A stretch of 64,000 nt of DNA from positions 124,001-188,000 of the IMG/VR virus record IMGVR_UViG_3300036770_004723; one strand, written 5' to 3'. Shown here piece by piece: positions 46,524 through 56,850 of this stretch. A model generated the notes under the pieces. It worked only from the letters and a program-made list of their open reading frames with translations. It ran no database searches and was not told the DNA's origin. Position numbers and translations under genes: made by a program. Numbering within the stretch: position 1 is the first letter of the stretch; the number at the start of each line of letters is the position of its first letter.

Positions 46524-47801
46524 ATGACAACTCGTTATATTGAACGTGGTAATTTTACTGATGTGCAGATTATGATTGCATCTTTAGTAAATGATATGCA
46601 AGCAAATGGATTTAAAGTTTTAAACATTAACAACCAACCGAACACTACACATCCTGTGCAATTAGATAGTACAGTAAAACGTTTATTATTGGCACCGACT
46701 ACAGTAGTAGATCCGTTAGCTATTGAAGATGGGGATAATACAGCACCTAACTATGCAAAACGTCAACCTTGGCGTTTAGTTATTGAAGTGAATTCTCAAG
46801 GTGAAGGCAGTATACCTATCGGTAATGATTTCATGGCAACTGCTGCGCGTGGTGTCATTAACTGGTATGTTTGTACTCCAACAAACATTATTGACGCTGA
46901 AGGAAATTTCAAAGTTGCGGTTTCTCGTGATGAACAAAAAGGAACTTCTCGCATTCAAGCACGTTGTGGTCTGCTTACAACTAATAGTGTGTTTCAGGCA
47001 CCTACATCAGTTGATGCAAAAAGTTGGATACATAAGTCTATTGTTGCAGGCACAGAAGGACAACAGTGGGGCGATACATTAAAAGATCGTTCATCTTTCC
47101 GTTATGAGCATTTTGGTTTCAACCTTAACCGTAGTGATGAAAACCGTGTACACGAACAAGCTGTTCCATTAACTTATGCTCTATCTATTACAGATCATGG
47201 TGTTGCATTCATGATGTGGACAGAAGCCCGTGACAATACAGGTGATCGTTTCCATTGGTGGACTGTTCAACGAATGGTAAACAAGGACACAGGTGCTACT
47301 ATTCTCGATGGAAAGTCGCCACTATTCTGTGTATTTAGCATGGTAGGTGGCGGTACTGTAGCCGGTAATCAAGGAGACAACTTAGGATTTGATGATCTGC
47401 TTGATGCACGCGATGATATTTATTATTTTATCGTCCGTGAAAGCGATGTACATACTCCAACTGTTCCAGTGACAGCTTGTTTTGATACCAATGATAGTAC
47501 ACGTATTATCAACGTTATGCAGCAAGTATCAATCAGTGAAGAAAATAAACTCACACTGAATATGATTAAAGGTATGAATACTCAACGTTATTCATATCCT
47601 CATGAATTGGACATGATTGCTTATTTATCTGGAGATGTTGTTTCTCAATTCGCTGAAGTACAGGTTCAAGTATATGGAGAAGAACAGCCTGCCGGTACAC
47701 CGCATAAGCGTGTGTACAAAGCATTGAAAGCAAACCGTATGAATAACAAAGGTATGCGGCTGTTATTCATTAAGTCAGGCGGCGATATTAATAACAATTA
47801 A
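46524..47801 (+). CDS. Virion structural protein, probably abundant
   Basis: GAGGAG SD, ATG at 46524; paralogue of 45422; followed by a terminator. Confidence 0.78.
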   Translation: MTTRYIERGNFTDVQIMIASLVNDMQANGFKVLNINNQPNTTHPVQLDSTVKRLLLAPTTVVDPLAIEDGDNTAPNYAKRQPWRLVIEVNSQGEGSIPIGNDFMATAARGVINWYVCTPTNIIDAEGNFKVAVSRDEQKGTSRIQARCGLLTTNSVFQAPTSVDAKSWIHKSIVAGTEGQQWGDTLKDRSSFRYEHFGFNLNRSDENRVHEQAVPLTYALSITDHGVAFMMWTEARDNTGDRFHWWTVQRMVNKDTGATILDGKSPLFCVFSMVGGGTVAGNQGDNLGFDDLLDARDDIYYFIVRESDVHTPTVPVTACFDTNDSTRIINVMQQVSISEENKLTLNMIKGMNTQRYSYPHELDMIAYLSGDVVSQFAEVQVQVYGEEQPAGTPHKRVYKALKANRMNNKGMRLLFIKSGGDINNN

Positions 47802-47815
47802 TTAAAGTCAATACT

Positions 47816-47840
47816 AAGGCGGCCTTTGCGCCGCCTTTTT
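47816..47840 (+). terminator. Rho-independent terminator
   Basis: AAGGCGG-CCTTTGCG-CCGCCTTTTT. Confidence 0.8.
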
Positions 47841-47857
47841 CGTTCGGAGATCCTAAA

Positions 47858-50800
47858 ATGGTTTTATCTGATTTACGTCAAAACTTAAAAACAGGAAGTA
47901 GACATACTTCATTGTATTTTACACCTGATATAACTTTAATGTCTTTTGACATGATAGGAAATCTGTATACAAATTTATATGTTAGTGCAGGCCAGCTTAT
48001 AAAAAAAGATGGTACTGTAGTAAATCCTCAAGATAAAATTTCTTTAGGTGAAGAACTTAAAATAATATTAAATGCACCTAATCAGTTTGGATCCAGTGCC
48101 ACTAGTGTTATATACCAGAACAATACGGTAATAGGTTATTTCGCACTTACAACAGAAAACGAAGTATTTTATAGCTATGACCCTAGATACAATGATTTGC
48201 TGTCAGTACAAGTAGTTCCTGAGATCGATTGGTTACTTGATTCACACAAAGAACTAAAGGCTTTTGATTTTGATGGCAATATAGTAAATAGCTATGATTT
48301 AAATCAACAACCTACTAATAGGTTAAGTGACTTTAATACAGTTGTACTTGATTACCATAGAAATATGGCACAAGTTTTTGATGTACAAAACAAACTTGTT
48401 GCAAAAACATTATCAGGTAATAAACCTACAAGTGCCTCCAGTTTATACGCACAAAATAGAATTCTACAGTGTACAGCCATAGCATTTAATGGTGATAGTC
48501 AAATTTGCTTATACGATCAATTCTTCTCTAAATTTCTTACCTTAAATTTAGCTAATGTTATTGGTGTATATTTTTTCAATAATGTGCTGTATGCTTGGGC
48601 CAAAGACTCTAAAGTTTTAAACACATATACATTTAATGAGTTGGTTTTGGTAGGGCAGTCAACTTTACAATTCGACAATTTTATTCAGTCTGTTGTAGGT
48701 TCATCTAGTTTGTTTGTATTAAATGGCAATCGTTTATCTGATTTAGCCAATAATACTTTGCTTCAAATAGATAATGCACGTAACGCTGTTATTGAATCTA
48801 ATAATATGTATGTGACACATGGAGCTAAATCATATATTACTCAAATTAATTTAAGTGATTTCAGTAATACCAGAATTAATATTCCAAATGCTGCTTTCTT
48901 GGACTCTATATGTGTGCAAGCTGGTGGACGTATTTATATAAGTGATATCGAAGCTAAAAAAATCTACGCTCGTGGTCAATTTAACCAAGATTGGGAATTG
49001 GACTTCCGTGCCTTTGGTTTAGTGTTAGGGGATCAAATTTATGCGCTAGATACGTACACTAATATTCCAAGTAAAATAGACATTGACGTATTAAAATATC
49101 AAATTGACGCCACAAATTTTTTGAACATACAGGACGTTCCTTTAGGTTCTTTAGGTACAACAGGAAATATTCGAGTATTAAATACAAATCGTTCACTGCC
49201 TGTACGTTTGTTTCCTCAGCAGCAAAATCTAAAATTGCAAGTAAATGGAGTAACTGTACCTAATACTTATATTTTAAATTCTAATGATGTGGTTACAGTA
49301 GTCTATGATTATGACTTACCTTTACCTAGTATGTTTGTTGGTATAGCCATTGATCAGCAAGTGTTCGAACTTAATTTGTTTTTAGATGACAGCCGTATTG
49401 TACCTTTAGGCTTTAAATTTACCCCTGTTATTAATGCTGTACCTGATTCAAATGTTTTAAGTAATGTCATAACTATTACGGCACTTACAAATCCGGTTAC
49501 AGTAACTTTAGATAAAGGCAGTATAATATTAAACGGTGTGGATGTAGGAAGCACTGCTTTAATTTCAAATAACGATGAATTCGGTATCAAAATAAAAGCA
49601 GATTCTATGTTCTGCACTACAAAAATAGCAAATATAACTATTGAAGACAGGTTTACCTCAGTTTTCAGTGTTACCACTATTTCTGAATTGCCTGATGATT
49701 CTGATTTACCTAGACCTCAACTTAGTTTTGAAACACAGTACGACAAACCTCTAGGATCTACAGTATATAGCAACGAACTTATTTTTGACACAATAAATTT
49801 TGAACCTACTGAATTTACTATACCAGAAATTTATAACGCTTCGTTTTTGGTGAATGGTGTAAATGTAGGCAAGAAGCATTTAATAAAAAATAATGATGCT
49901 GTTCGTATAGTACTAGACTGTAGCTATAACTATGATACTGCCCATTTTGTACCAATAAATTCTTGCTATAGTGTATACGGATTCACGGTGTATACTATAG
50001 GTGATATAATGCCAGATTCTTTTGGTTTTGGTACAATACAAGACGCCAACATAAAAGATTATTTAGTAAGTGATTTAGCTTATTTTACAGGTATAGGGAA
50101 CAATGTTAAAGTTCCGGTAATAATTCCTTACGGTGTATTGTTAAGACACAACGGCCAATACGTTACTTACGAATCACTAAAAGATTGGCGTAATATGCCA
50201 CTAAAAGACCAGGTTGTCATCTTAACTATGTCTAATAATGATACTCTTCAACTTGAAGGTTATCCAAGACCTATACAAGGAATTTATAACAGAATACCTT
50301 TGTATGTAGGTGGCCGTGCTGGATATTGGAATATTAATACTCACTCTGTCGCAGATACAAAACAAATTGATTTAAAACTTGATCAAATACAAGCCTACAA
50401 CTTAATTTATGATGATTTAACTAAAGATTATTTTATAAGCGTAGTGAAAGACGTTGAGGTCGTACACAGAAAAACTGCGGAAATCGAAACAAATTCTACT
50501 AAAGTAACTTCAGGCAAAATCCTTAACCTAGAAGACTTTAAGACTATTTCACTAGCTGCTTCAAATAAAAAAGTAGACAATTTACTTACTATAAACGTGT
50601 TAAACAGACTATTGACTGTTGACCATGACTTACCTTTATACACATATAATTCTGTAGTTCAAATTGAAAGAGATTTAGATGTTTTTGAAAATAAATCGAA
50701 TGTATCTACGTTTGAACATATTAAAGATCTGTACGCTGTTACACCTAATCAATTTTATTTATACAGAGATCTAAATGCGTCAACCATTAAAAGTGTAGCA

Positions 50801-51808
50801 CATCAGTTTGATCAAGACCTGAATGCCTACCATGTTAAAAATATTTCTTATTACTTTCCATCAGCTGATCTTGTTTATTGGAATAGAAATACGCAGTACA
50901 ATGCTGAAATCTTAAATTCGAATTACTTAGATGCTTTCACCATTAACTACGATTTTATAAACGTACAAACTGAATATGTTGTCATTAGTTTTGATTATAA
51001 ACCTTTTCAGCTTTTCGATCTGACAGATAGTACTGTGTTTAAATATGGAGAAAATCCAACAATATCCAATCTATTTATTTGGCAAAATGTTCCTTGGGTA
51101 ACTTCAGAGATAGAGGAAATTTACTACCACAGGCAGCCAGATATAGATGTAGAGGATCGAGTTTATGAAAAATTTGCAGGATCTGACTTAATATACTACG
51201 ATCCTGTGTACGAATGGAAAACACATAAATTTGTAACGTTTGATCCTGACTATACTGTGTTAGATATTAATAGTAATATTAATCTCGATTTCCTTAACGC
51301 AGTTAGTTATGCAAGTAATTCAATTTCGTATGAACCTGATTATGTTGCACTGGCTTCAGGAAATTCTTTACAATTTGAACTATTTAGTACTGTGTTTGGC
51401 ACGTCAGCTAAAGAATTTGATTTAGTTGTATCTAGTGTATTTACTTCAAATTCTCTTATAGTAGATAATGAACTGGAAACCACACTAACGAAGTCAACAT
51501 CCGTAGTATTCGAATACGTTATTGCAGATCACACAGATAGAAACGAAGTAGTTCAGATTGTTAAATATGATACTGTAAATCAACATAGAGACTATATTCG
51601 TAGCCCTTTACCTAACACACTACATCCTGGTTATTTTGCAGACGAACAGGCAGCAAAATCTGATTCGGTACGATACGGCTATCAGCTTGCACAAATCCAA
51701 TCATTTTATGTAGAGGAAAAAGGTTGGGCATGGAACCGAATAATCCCATGTTCTAATCTATGCGATCCTAGAGATTGTCCTCCAAGCGGCTACATTCACG
51801 GTGGTTAA
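47858..51808 (+). CDS. Large beta-rich virion protein (propeller-like N-half, repeated beta-sandwich units)
   Basis: 1316 aa; recurring P..F.F......S and I.NNDE/NNDA/NNDT units; Cys-rich C-terminus. Confidence 0.72.
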   Translation: MVLSDLRQNLKTGSRHTSLYFTPDITLMSFDMIGNLYTNLYVSAGQLIKKDGTVVNPQDKISLGEELKIILNAPNQFGSSATSVIYQNNTVIGYFALTTENEVFYSYDPRYNDLLSVQVVPEIDWLLDSHKELKAFDFDGNIVNSYDLNQQPTNRLSDFNTVVLDYHRNMAQVFDVQNKLVAKTLSGNKPTSASSLYAQNRILQCTAIAFNGDSQICLYDQFFSKFLTLNLANVIGVYFFNNVLYAWAKDSKVLNTYTFNELVLVGQSTLQFDNFIQSVVGSSSLFVLNGNRLSDLANNTLLQIDNARNAVIESNNMYVTHGAKSYITQINLSDFSNTRINIPNAAFLDSICVQAGGRIYISDIEAKKIYARGQFNQDWELDFRAFGLVLGDQIYALDTYTNIPSKIDIDVLKYQIDATNFLNIQDVPLGSLGTTGNIRVLNTNRSLPVRLFPQQQNLKLQVNGVTVPNTYILNSNDVVTVVYDYDLPLPSMFVGIAIDQQVFELNLFLDDSRIVPLGFKFTPVINAVPDSNVLSNVITITALTNPVTVTLDKGSIILNGVDVGSTALISNNDEFGIKIKADSMFCTTKIANITIEDRFTSVFSVTTISELPDDSDLPRPQLSFETQYDKPLGSTVYSNELIFDTINFEPTEFTIPEIYNASFLVNGVNVGKKHLIKNNDAVRIVLDCSYNYDTAHFVPINSCYSVYGFTVYTIGDIMPDSFGFGTIQDANIKDYLVSDLAYFTGIGNNVKVPVIIPYGVLLRHNGQYVTYESLKDWRNMPLKDQVVILTMSNNDTLQLEGYPRPIQGIYNRIPLYVGGRAGYWNINTHSVADTKQIDLKLDQIQAYNLIYDDLTKDYFISVVKDVEVVHRKTAEIETNSTKVTSGKILNLEDFKTISLAASNKKVDNLLTINVLNRLLTVDHDLPLYTYNSVVQIERDLDVFENKSNVSTFEHIKDLYAVTPNQFYLYRDLNASTIKSVAHQFDQDLNAYHVKNISYYFPSADLVYWNRNTQYNAEILNSNYLDAFTINYDFINVQTEYVVISFDYKPFQLFDLTDSTVFKYGENPTISNLFIWQNVPWVTSEIEEIYYHRQPDIDVEDRVYEKFAGSDLIYYDPVYEWKTHKFVTFDPDYTVLDINSNINLDFLNAVSYASNSISYEPDYVALASGNSLQFELFSTVFGTSAKEFDLVVSSVFTSNSLIVDNELETTLTKSTSVVFEYVIADHTDRNEVVQIVKYDTVNQHRDYIRSPLPNTLHPGYFADEQAAKSDSVRYGYQLAQIQSFYVEEKGWAWNRIIPCSNLCDPRDCPPSGYIHGG

Positions 51809-51809
51809 C

Positions 51810-53486
51810 ATGAACAAAAATTTAAAATTGTTTTTAAGTCAAAGCGCTAAATTTGAACAACTTGACGAGTATACTTGGTATAAATATAATGGAATTCAAA
51901 AAGTACAGATAGCTGTAAGAACACACAAAAGAACGATTGAAAAGAATTCTTTGTTTGGTTTACGTTATACACGTAATGGAACCATATACGTAATATTACC
52001 TGAAATGTATCATGTGGATTTTGTAGTAGACAGGACTACAGCAAACAAGCTTTTGAATAAAAGCGATATCGTTAAACGACCTACTATCAAAAATTTAACT
52101 GATAACAATACTGGAAAAATAATTAGACGAGCTGCTGCTGAAATAGCTGCGGAGTTATCACCTAACAGAGTATGGGATAGCCCTAGATATAAAGCAGCTA
52201 GAAACATAACCAACGAATCCGTTATTGATTACAGTAATTATCAATGGCGTAAAATTTCAGCAGTTGATGGTTTTAAACTAGCTAAAGCAGATAGAAAAAT
52301 GCACTATAAACATAATGATATTATAGGCATGAGATTTATAAAACCTGCCACAGGCGGAGTGCTAATTGATAAAAACTTTAATCGTTTTGTCTTAAACACT
52401 GAAGCTTATGACCGTATTGTATCAGGCTCTAAGGTCTTACCTAAATCAAAATGGCCTGAAGGTAAATTTAGCAAAGAAGAAGCTGAAATAGCTAGACAAG
52501 AAGAATTAATTCTTGCCAAACAAAAACGTGCTTCTGAAAGACGTGCTTTACGTGAATTAGAGGCAGCTAAAAAGCGCGAAGAAGAAAAACTATTAAAATT
52601 AAAATTGGCTGAAGAACGAAAAGAAAGAAAGAGAAAAGAATTAGAGGCAAGAGAATCAGCTACTTTGTTAAATGAACATATAGAACGTGTGCGTAAAACT
52701 GCGGTTATTCCTATGGATGATCGTGATATAAGAGAACGAGTTAAACAACGTAGAAGATTAAGCGCTGAAGATTTAGGTCTTAAAGAAGAGTATTTAGATA
52801 ACTCTGAAAAAGAATTTGAATTGAATTTAGATGGACTTACATTAAATACTGACACCAAGGTCGAAAGGAAAGAAAAACCTGCTGAATTAAAGGACATGTT
52901 AGATCAAGTAATTAAAGATACTAAGAAAGATCTAACTTTGTTTAATATGGAAGATATTGAATCAGACCCTGAAGATTTTGAAGATGATCCTGAAGTTCAA
53001 TATGAAGACAGTGAAGTAGAACATGATCTTTACGAAGATGAAGAAAAGTCTAAAGACCTAGATTTAACAAAAGATCCTGAAGATGAAGATGAAGATGAAT
53101 ATGAGCCTGATGAAGAAGTTGAAATAGCAGAAGATGAACTTGAAGAAGTAGAAGATTCTGAAGAAGACGAACTTGAAGAGAAAAAACCTGAAATTAAATA
53201 TGAAGAAGGTCATGTAATTACTTTTGAACAGGATGCTTCAGAAAGCAGAGAATTTTTAATTTACAGTATCGAACCTTTAAAAGGTAACGATCATATTTTA
53301 ATATATAAACTTTACGATATTGATAACGAACCTGACGAATATAGAACCGTTCGTATCGACACACATAAAAAGCGAAAAATTGAAGATATGGCTAAAATGA
53401 TTCGCAAAGTATCCGCTAAGGATTTCATTAGATATCAAGCTATGGCCGAAGATCTTATGAAAAATCCTGAACCTATTGAGAGTTAA
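51810..53486 (+). CDS. Hypothetical protein with SQSA leader, coiled coil and long acidic tract
   Basis: MNKNLKLFLSQSAK; D/E-rich segment at about 52950-53180. Confidence 0.75.
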   Translation: MNKNLKLFLSQSAKFEQLDEYTWYKYNGIQKVQIAVRTHKRTIEKNSLFGLRYTRNGTIYVILPEMYHVDFVVDRTTANKLLNKSDIVKRPTIKNLTDNNTGKIIRRAAAEIAAELSPNRVWDSPRYKAARNITNESVIDYSNYQWRKISAVDGFKLAKADRKMHYKHNDIIGMRFIKPATGGVLIDKNFNRFVLNTEAYDRIVSGSKVLPKSKWPEGKFSKEEAEIARQEELILAKQKRASERRALRELEAAKKREEEKLLKLKLAEERKERKRKELEARESATLLNEHIERVRKTAVIPMDDRDIRERVKQRRRLSAEDLGLKEEYLDNSEKEFELNLDGLTLNTDTKVERKEKPAELKDMLDQVIKDTKKDLTLFNMEDIESDPEDFEDDPEVQYEDSEVEHDLYEDEEKSKDLDLTKDPEDEDEDEYEPDEEVEIAEDELEEVEDSEEDELEEKKPEIKYEEGHVITFEQDASESREFLIYSIEPLKGNDHILIYKLYDIDNEPDEYRTVRIDTHKKRKIEDMAKMIRKVSAKDFIRYQAMAEDLMKNPEPIES

Positions 53487-53489
53487 AAT

Positions 53490-55460
53490 ATGTTAAAATC
53501 TGAAATTAAAAAATTTATGGATATCGGGTGGGAAAAAGCTACTCGTTCTGATTTTGACAGTTTTTTAGATTATATTGATGATGCTTACTACAACAAAGCA
53601 AAGAAACCTATAACAGACGATCAATACGACCTGTTAAAAGAAAATTACTTTGCTCGTTTTCCTAAGTCTAAGCGTAAGGCAAAAGTAGGTCATAGTACAG
53701 GTAACAAACGTGCTGAAGTAAAATTACCAAATCCTATGAGTTCACTTGATAAAATCAAAGAACCAAAAAAGATTGATCTATTTGCCAAGAAATATGCTGG
53801 ACCTTGGGTTGTAAGTGACAAAGAAGATGGAATGAGTTTGCAGTTGATCTACTTTAATGGTGTACCAAGTGAATTGTATACTCGTGGTAATGGACTTAAG
53901 GGGCAAGACATTTCACATCTTATTCCATACCTGCGTATTCCAAAACGTATTGGTATTAAAACGCCATTTGCAATTCGCATTGAAGGAATTGTTGAAAACG
54001 CCGCATTTGAAAAACACTTGTCTAAAAAATCTGGTGGTGACTTTACAGCTGTACGTAATGCAGCTGGAGGTATCATTAATAAATTGCCTAGCAGCAAAGA
54101 TTTTGATAAGTATGCTGCTTATGCAAAACACATGACATTATTTGCATTCAAGATTCTTGAAGGCAAGGGATATAATCTTAAACCAAGCAAGCAATTTGAA
54201 TTACTGGATTCACTAGGTTTTAAAGTTGTTCCATATAAAATTGTGGACACACTAAACTTTGATATTCTTTCTTCTTTACTCAGTGAGAGACTTAAAGCCA
54301 GTAAATATGATATTGACGGTCTTGTTGTTGAACAAGATAAATACCATGCAGTGGGACACAGTTTACCAAAACATGCTGTGAGCTTTAAAGAAAATAATGC
54401 TGCTAGCATGGTAGATATAAAGGTTAAAGATGTTGTATGGGAAGCAAGTAGAAATGGTATTTTGATTCCTGTTGTGACAATTGAACCTACTAAAATTGGT
54501 GGAGTCATGGTCAGCAATTTTACAGGACATAACGCTTTCTATATTCAACATGGCTATAAAAGTGAATTGAAATCTAAGCCGCCTTATGATCCAAGACCTT
54601 TAGGTAAAGGCGCTATCATCCGTGCTGTTAGATCTGGTGGCGTAATTCCTTACATTGTTGAAGTTGTTAAAGCTGCACGTAAACCTCAAATGCCTGATGT
54701 TGAATACAAGCGAAAAGGCATACATGTAGTATTAGCAGGAAAGCAGAACATAGGGAAAGAATTACAGACTCAGAAAAAGATTGAGCATTTCTTTGTCCGT
54801 ATCGGTGTAGATGGATTTAAGTTATCTACTGTTCAACGTTTTTGGGATAATGGATATACAAAACTTAGTCAGTTTCTTAAACTCAAGAAAAAAGACTTTG
54901 TTAACATTGATGGTTTAGGTGAACGTAAAGCAGAGCAGTTTGAGCAAAGTTTAACTAAAGCTCTATCTGAATTGGATTTTGTAAAACTAGCTGACGCAAG
55001 TGGCTACCTGCCAAATTTTGGAACCAGACGTTTTCAAATGATCGTTGATGCGTATCCAGATGTAATGGCATGGCCTAAATCTAGAATGAGTGATCAAACA
55101 ATTGTAAGTAAAATACAACAGCTATCAGGCTTCAACGAACTAGCTTACGATTTTGCTGATGGCTTACCTAAAATTGTTAAGTTTGCAGATACTTTCGGTC
55201 TTAATATTAAGCAAGTTAAAAAAGTAATAAAGGGATCTAAATTTGCAGGGCTGAACGTTACATTCACCGGTGTCAGAGATTTGATCTTAGGTAAAACTAT
55301 TAGTGAGCAAGGCGGAACAGTGCAAGACTGGCGCAAGGATACTAATTTAGTCTTAATAAAAGAAGTTGGTTTTACTAGTTCTACTGTAGAAAAAGCTCAA
55401 GATGCAGGTGTTAAAATATTAACTGTTGATCAGTTTAAAAAGAAATATAAGGTACTTTAA
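53490..55460 (+). CDS. ligA: NAD+-dependent DNA ligase
   Basis: AYYN...ITDDQYD, MSSLDK, KEDG adenylation motif, YTRGNG..GQDI, RNAAGG, DIDGLVV, RSGGVIP, C-terminal BRCT. Confidence 0.93.
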   Translation: MLKSEIKKFMDIGWEKATRSDFDSFLDYIDDAYYNKAKKPITDDQYDLLKENYFARFPKSKRKAKVGHSTGNKRAEVKLPNPMSSLDKIKEPKKIDLFAKKYAGPWVVSDKEDGMSLQLIYFNGVPSELYTRGNGLKGQDISHLIPYLRIPKRIGIKTPFAIRIEGIVENAAFEKHLSKKSGGDFTAVRNAAGGIINKLPSSKDFDKYAAYAKHMTLFAFKILEGKGYNLKPSKQFELLDSLGFKVVPYKIVDTLNFDILSSLLSERLKASKYDIDGLVVEQDKYHAVGHSLPKHAVSFKENNAASMVDIKVKDVVWEASRNGILIPVVTIEPTKIGGVMVSNFTGHNAFYIQHGYKSELKSKPPYDPRPLGKGAIIRAVRSGGVIPYIVEVVKAARKPQMPDVEYKRKGIHVVLAGKQNIGKELQTQKKIEHFFVRIGVDGFKLSTVQRFWDNGYTKLSQFLKLKKKDFVNIDGLGERKAEQFEQSLTKALSELDFVKLADASGYLPNFGTRRFQMIVDAYPDVMAWPKSRMSDQTIVSKIQQLSGFNELAYDFADGLPKIVKFADTFGLNIKQVKKVIKGSKFAGLNVTFTGVRDLILGKTISEQGGTVQDWRKDTNLVLIKEVGFTSSTVEKAQDAGVKILTVDQFKKKYKVL

Positions 55461-55927
55461 TGAAAACTAAAATGTTACATATAGAATCTGCTACCTTAAA
55501 GGAAACAGTAGATCAAAATGAACGCATTAGAAAGCAAACAGGTGTTATACCTTTTTTTATTGACGATGATGGTGAAATATATGTTATGTTGATTGGCAGC
55601 AGACACGCAGGAAACTGGAGCATACCAAAAGGTAAAAAAGAAAAGCACTTATCCAAAAAAGATAGTGCTGCCATTGAAGCATACGAAGAAGCCGGTATTC
55701 GAGGTGATATACTTGGAAAACTCGGCGAGTACCAGTACAGAAAAGGATCGACTGGTGTAATGCAGAATGTTATAGTTTACGCCATGCAGGTTGAACGTCA
55801 GTTGAAAAAATTTCCTGAACAAGGGATGCGTGTACGTAAATGGTTCACTGTTGATAAAGCTGCTAAAAAAATCGGTAAGAAACTTTCGCATATTGTACTG
55901 GCTGTAAAAGATTATGCCCCTGAATAA
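55460..55927 (+). CDS. NUDIX hydrolase (Ap6A/DIPP-like)
   Basis: WSIPKG...SAAIEAYEEAGIRG Nudix box; FPEQ..R.RKW. Confidence 0.88.
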   Translation: MKTKMLHIESATLKETVDQNERIRKQTGVIPFFIDDDGEIYVMLIGSRHAGNWSIPKGKKEKHLSKKDSAAIEAYEEAGIRGDILGKLGEYQYRKGSTGVMQNVIVYAMQVERQLKKFPEQGMRVRKWFTVDKAAKKIGKKLSHIVLAVKDYAPE

Positions 55928-55946
55928 AACTTTGTAGGAAAACATT

Positions 55947-56843
55947 ATGTTCAGCAGCTTGGATATATCTACCGATTATTGGAGACATTTTATTCCAGTT
56001 GCACCTGACATTGATATAACTGTAGTACTGGGCGAAGAAATTTTTATTGATCTTCGCCCATTTATCATTCAAGGTGCTAGGGATTTTTTCGATCAAAGTA
56101 GTCCAGACACAAATGTAATACCTGATAAAGTACCTAGTCAGCGCGGCTGGCGTCTTGAATATTTTATTACGGTTCCACCTAAAAAAGGAACTATTAAAAA
56201 AGAAACATTTTTAAATGGTTTCATTTATAAGCCTGATAAAGGTGCCGGTAACTCTAATGACTGTTTTAACTATCAGCTTAGTAACGGTACTCAATTATCC
56301 CATCACGGAAAAATAAATATCACTATTATAAAACAAAGTGATAATGTCTGGGAAATAATAGGATTCAGACCAGATGCTAACGCAGGAATAGATCCAGTTG
56401 AATTCGAAATGCGTATGAGTGTTAAATCTACGCATGTTTCCTATCCTTTATATAGTGTAAAAGGCTTTAAGTGGTTTGTTGAAAACATACGAGTAGTAGA
56501 TGGGTACGTAGTAAAAACTATGGATCTAGTACATTCATTCAGAACCTATATGAATTCATCTACTGATGAAACTTATGTCATTTCTGATGGAGCTATTTTA
56601 CCTAAACGTATGTATAAAACAGATAAAGATATATTAGGTATTGATCCCTCCACACAAAGAAGATATGTACCTACAAATAAATTTCCTATGGTTATATGTG
56701 AATTTTGGAATTTCCCTCATAAACGCCAAGGTGAGTACGGTCCTGTAACTGACATGAGCAGACCTGAAATAAAACAATTTAAAATTCAGGATTTCCATTC
56801 AATTGATTGGAACCTTAGCGGATCTATAAAACTACCTGAGTAA
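55947..56843 (+). CDS. Ig/cadherin-like domain virion protein
   Basis: PPKKGTI...FIYKP....DCFNYQLSNG...GKINITI, a Big_9-like pattern. Confidence 0.65.
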   Translation: MFSSLDISTDYWRHFIPVAPDIDITVVLGEEIFIDLRPFIIQGARDFFDQSSPDTNVIPDKVPSQRGWRLEYFITVPPKKGTIKKETFLNGFIYKPDKGAGNSNDCFNYQLSNGTQLSHHGKINITIIKQSDNVWEIIGFRPDANAGIDPVEFEMRMSVKSTHVSYPLYSVKGFKWFVENIRVVDGYVVKTMDLVHSFRTYMNSSTDETYVISDGAILPKRMYKTDKDILGIDPSTQRRYVPTNKFPMVICEFWNFPHKRQGEYGPVTDMSRPEIKQFKIQDFHSIDWNLSGSIKLPE

Positions 56844-56850
56844 ACAACAC

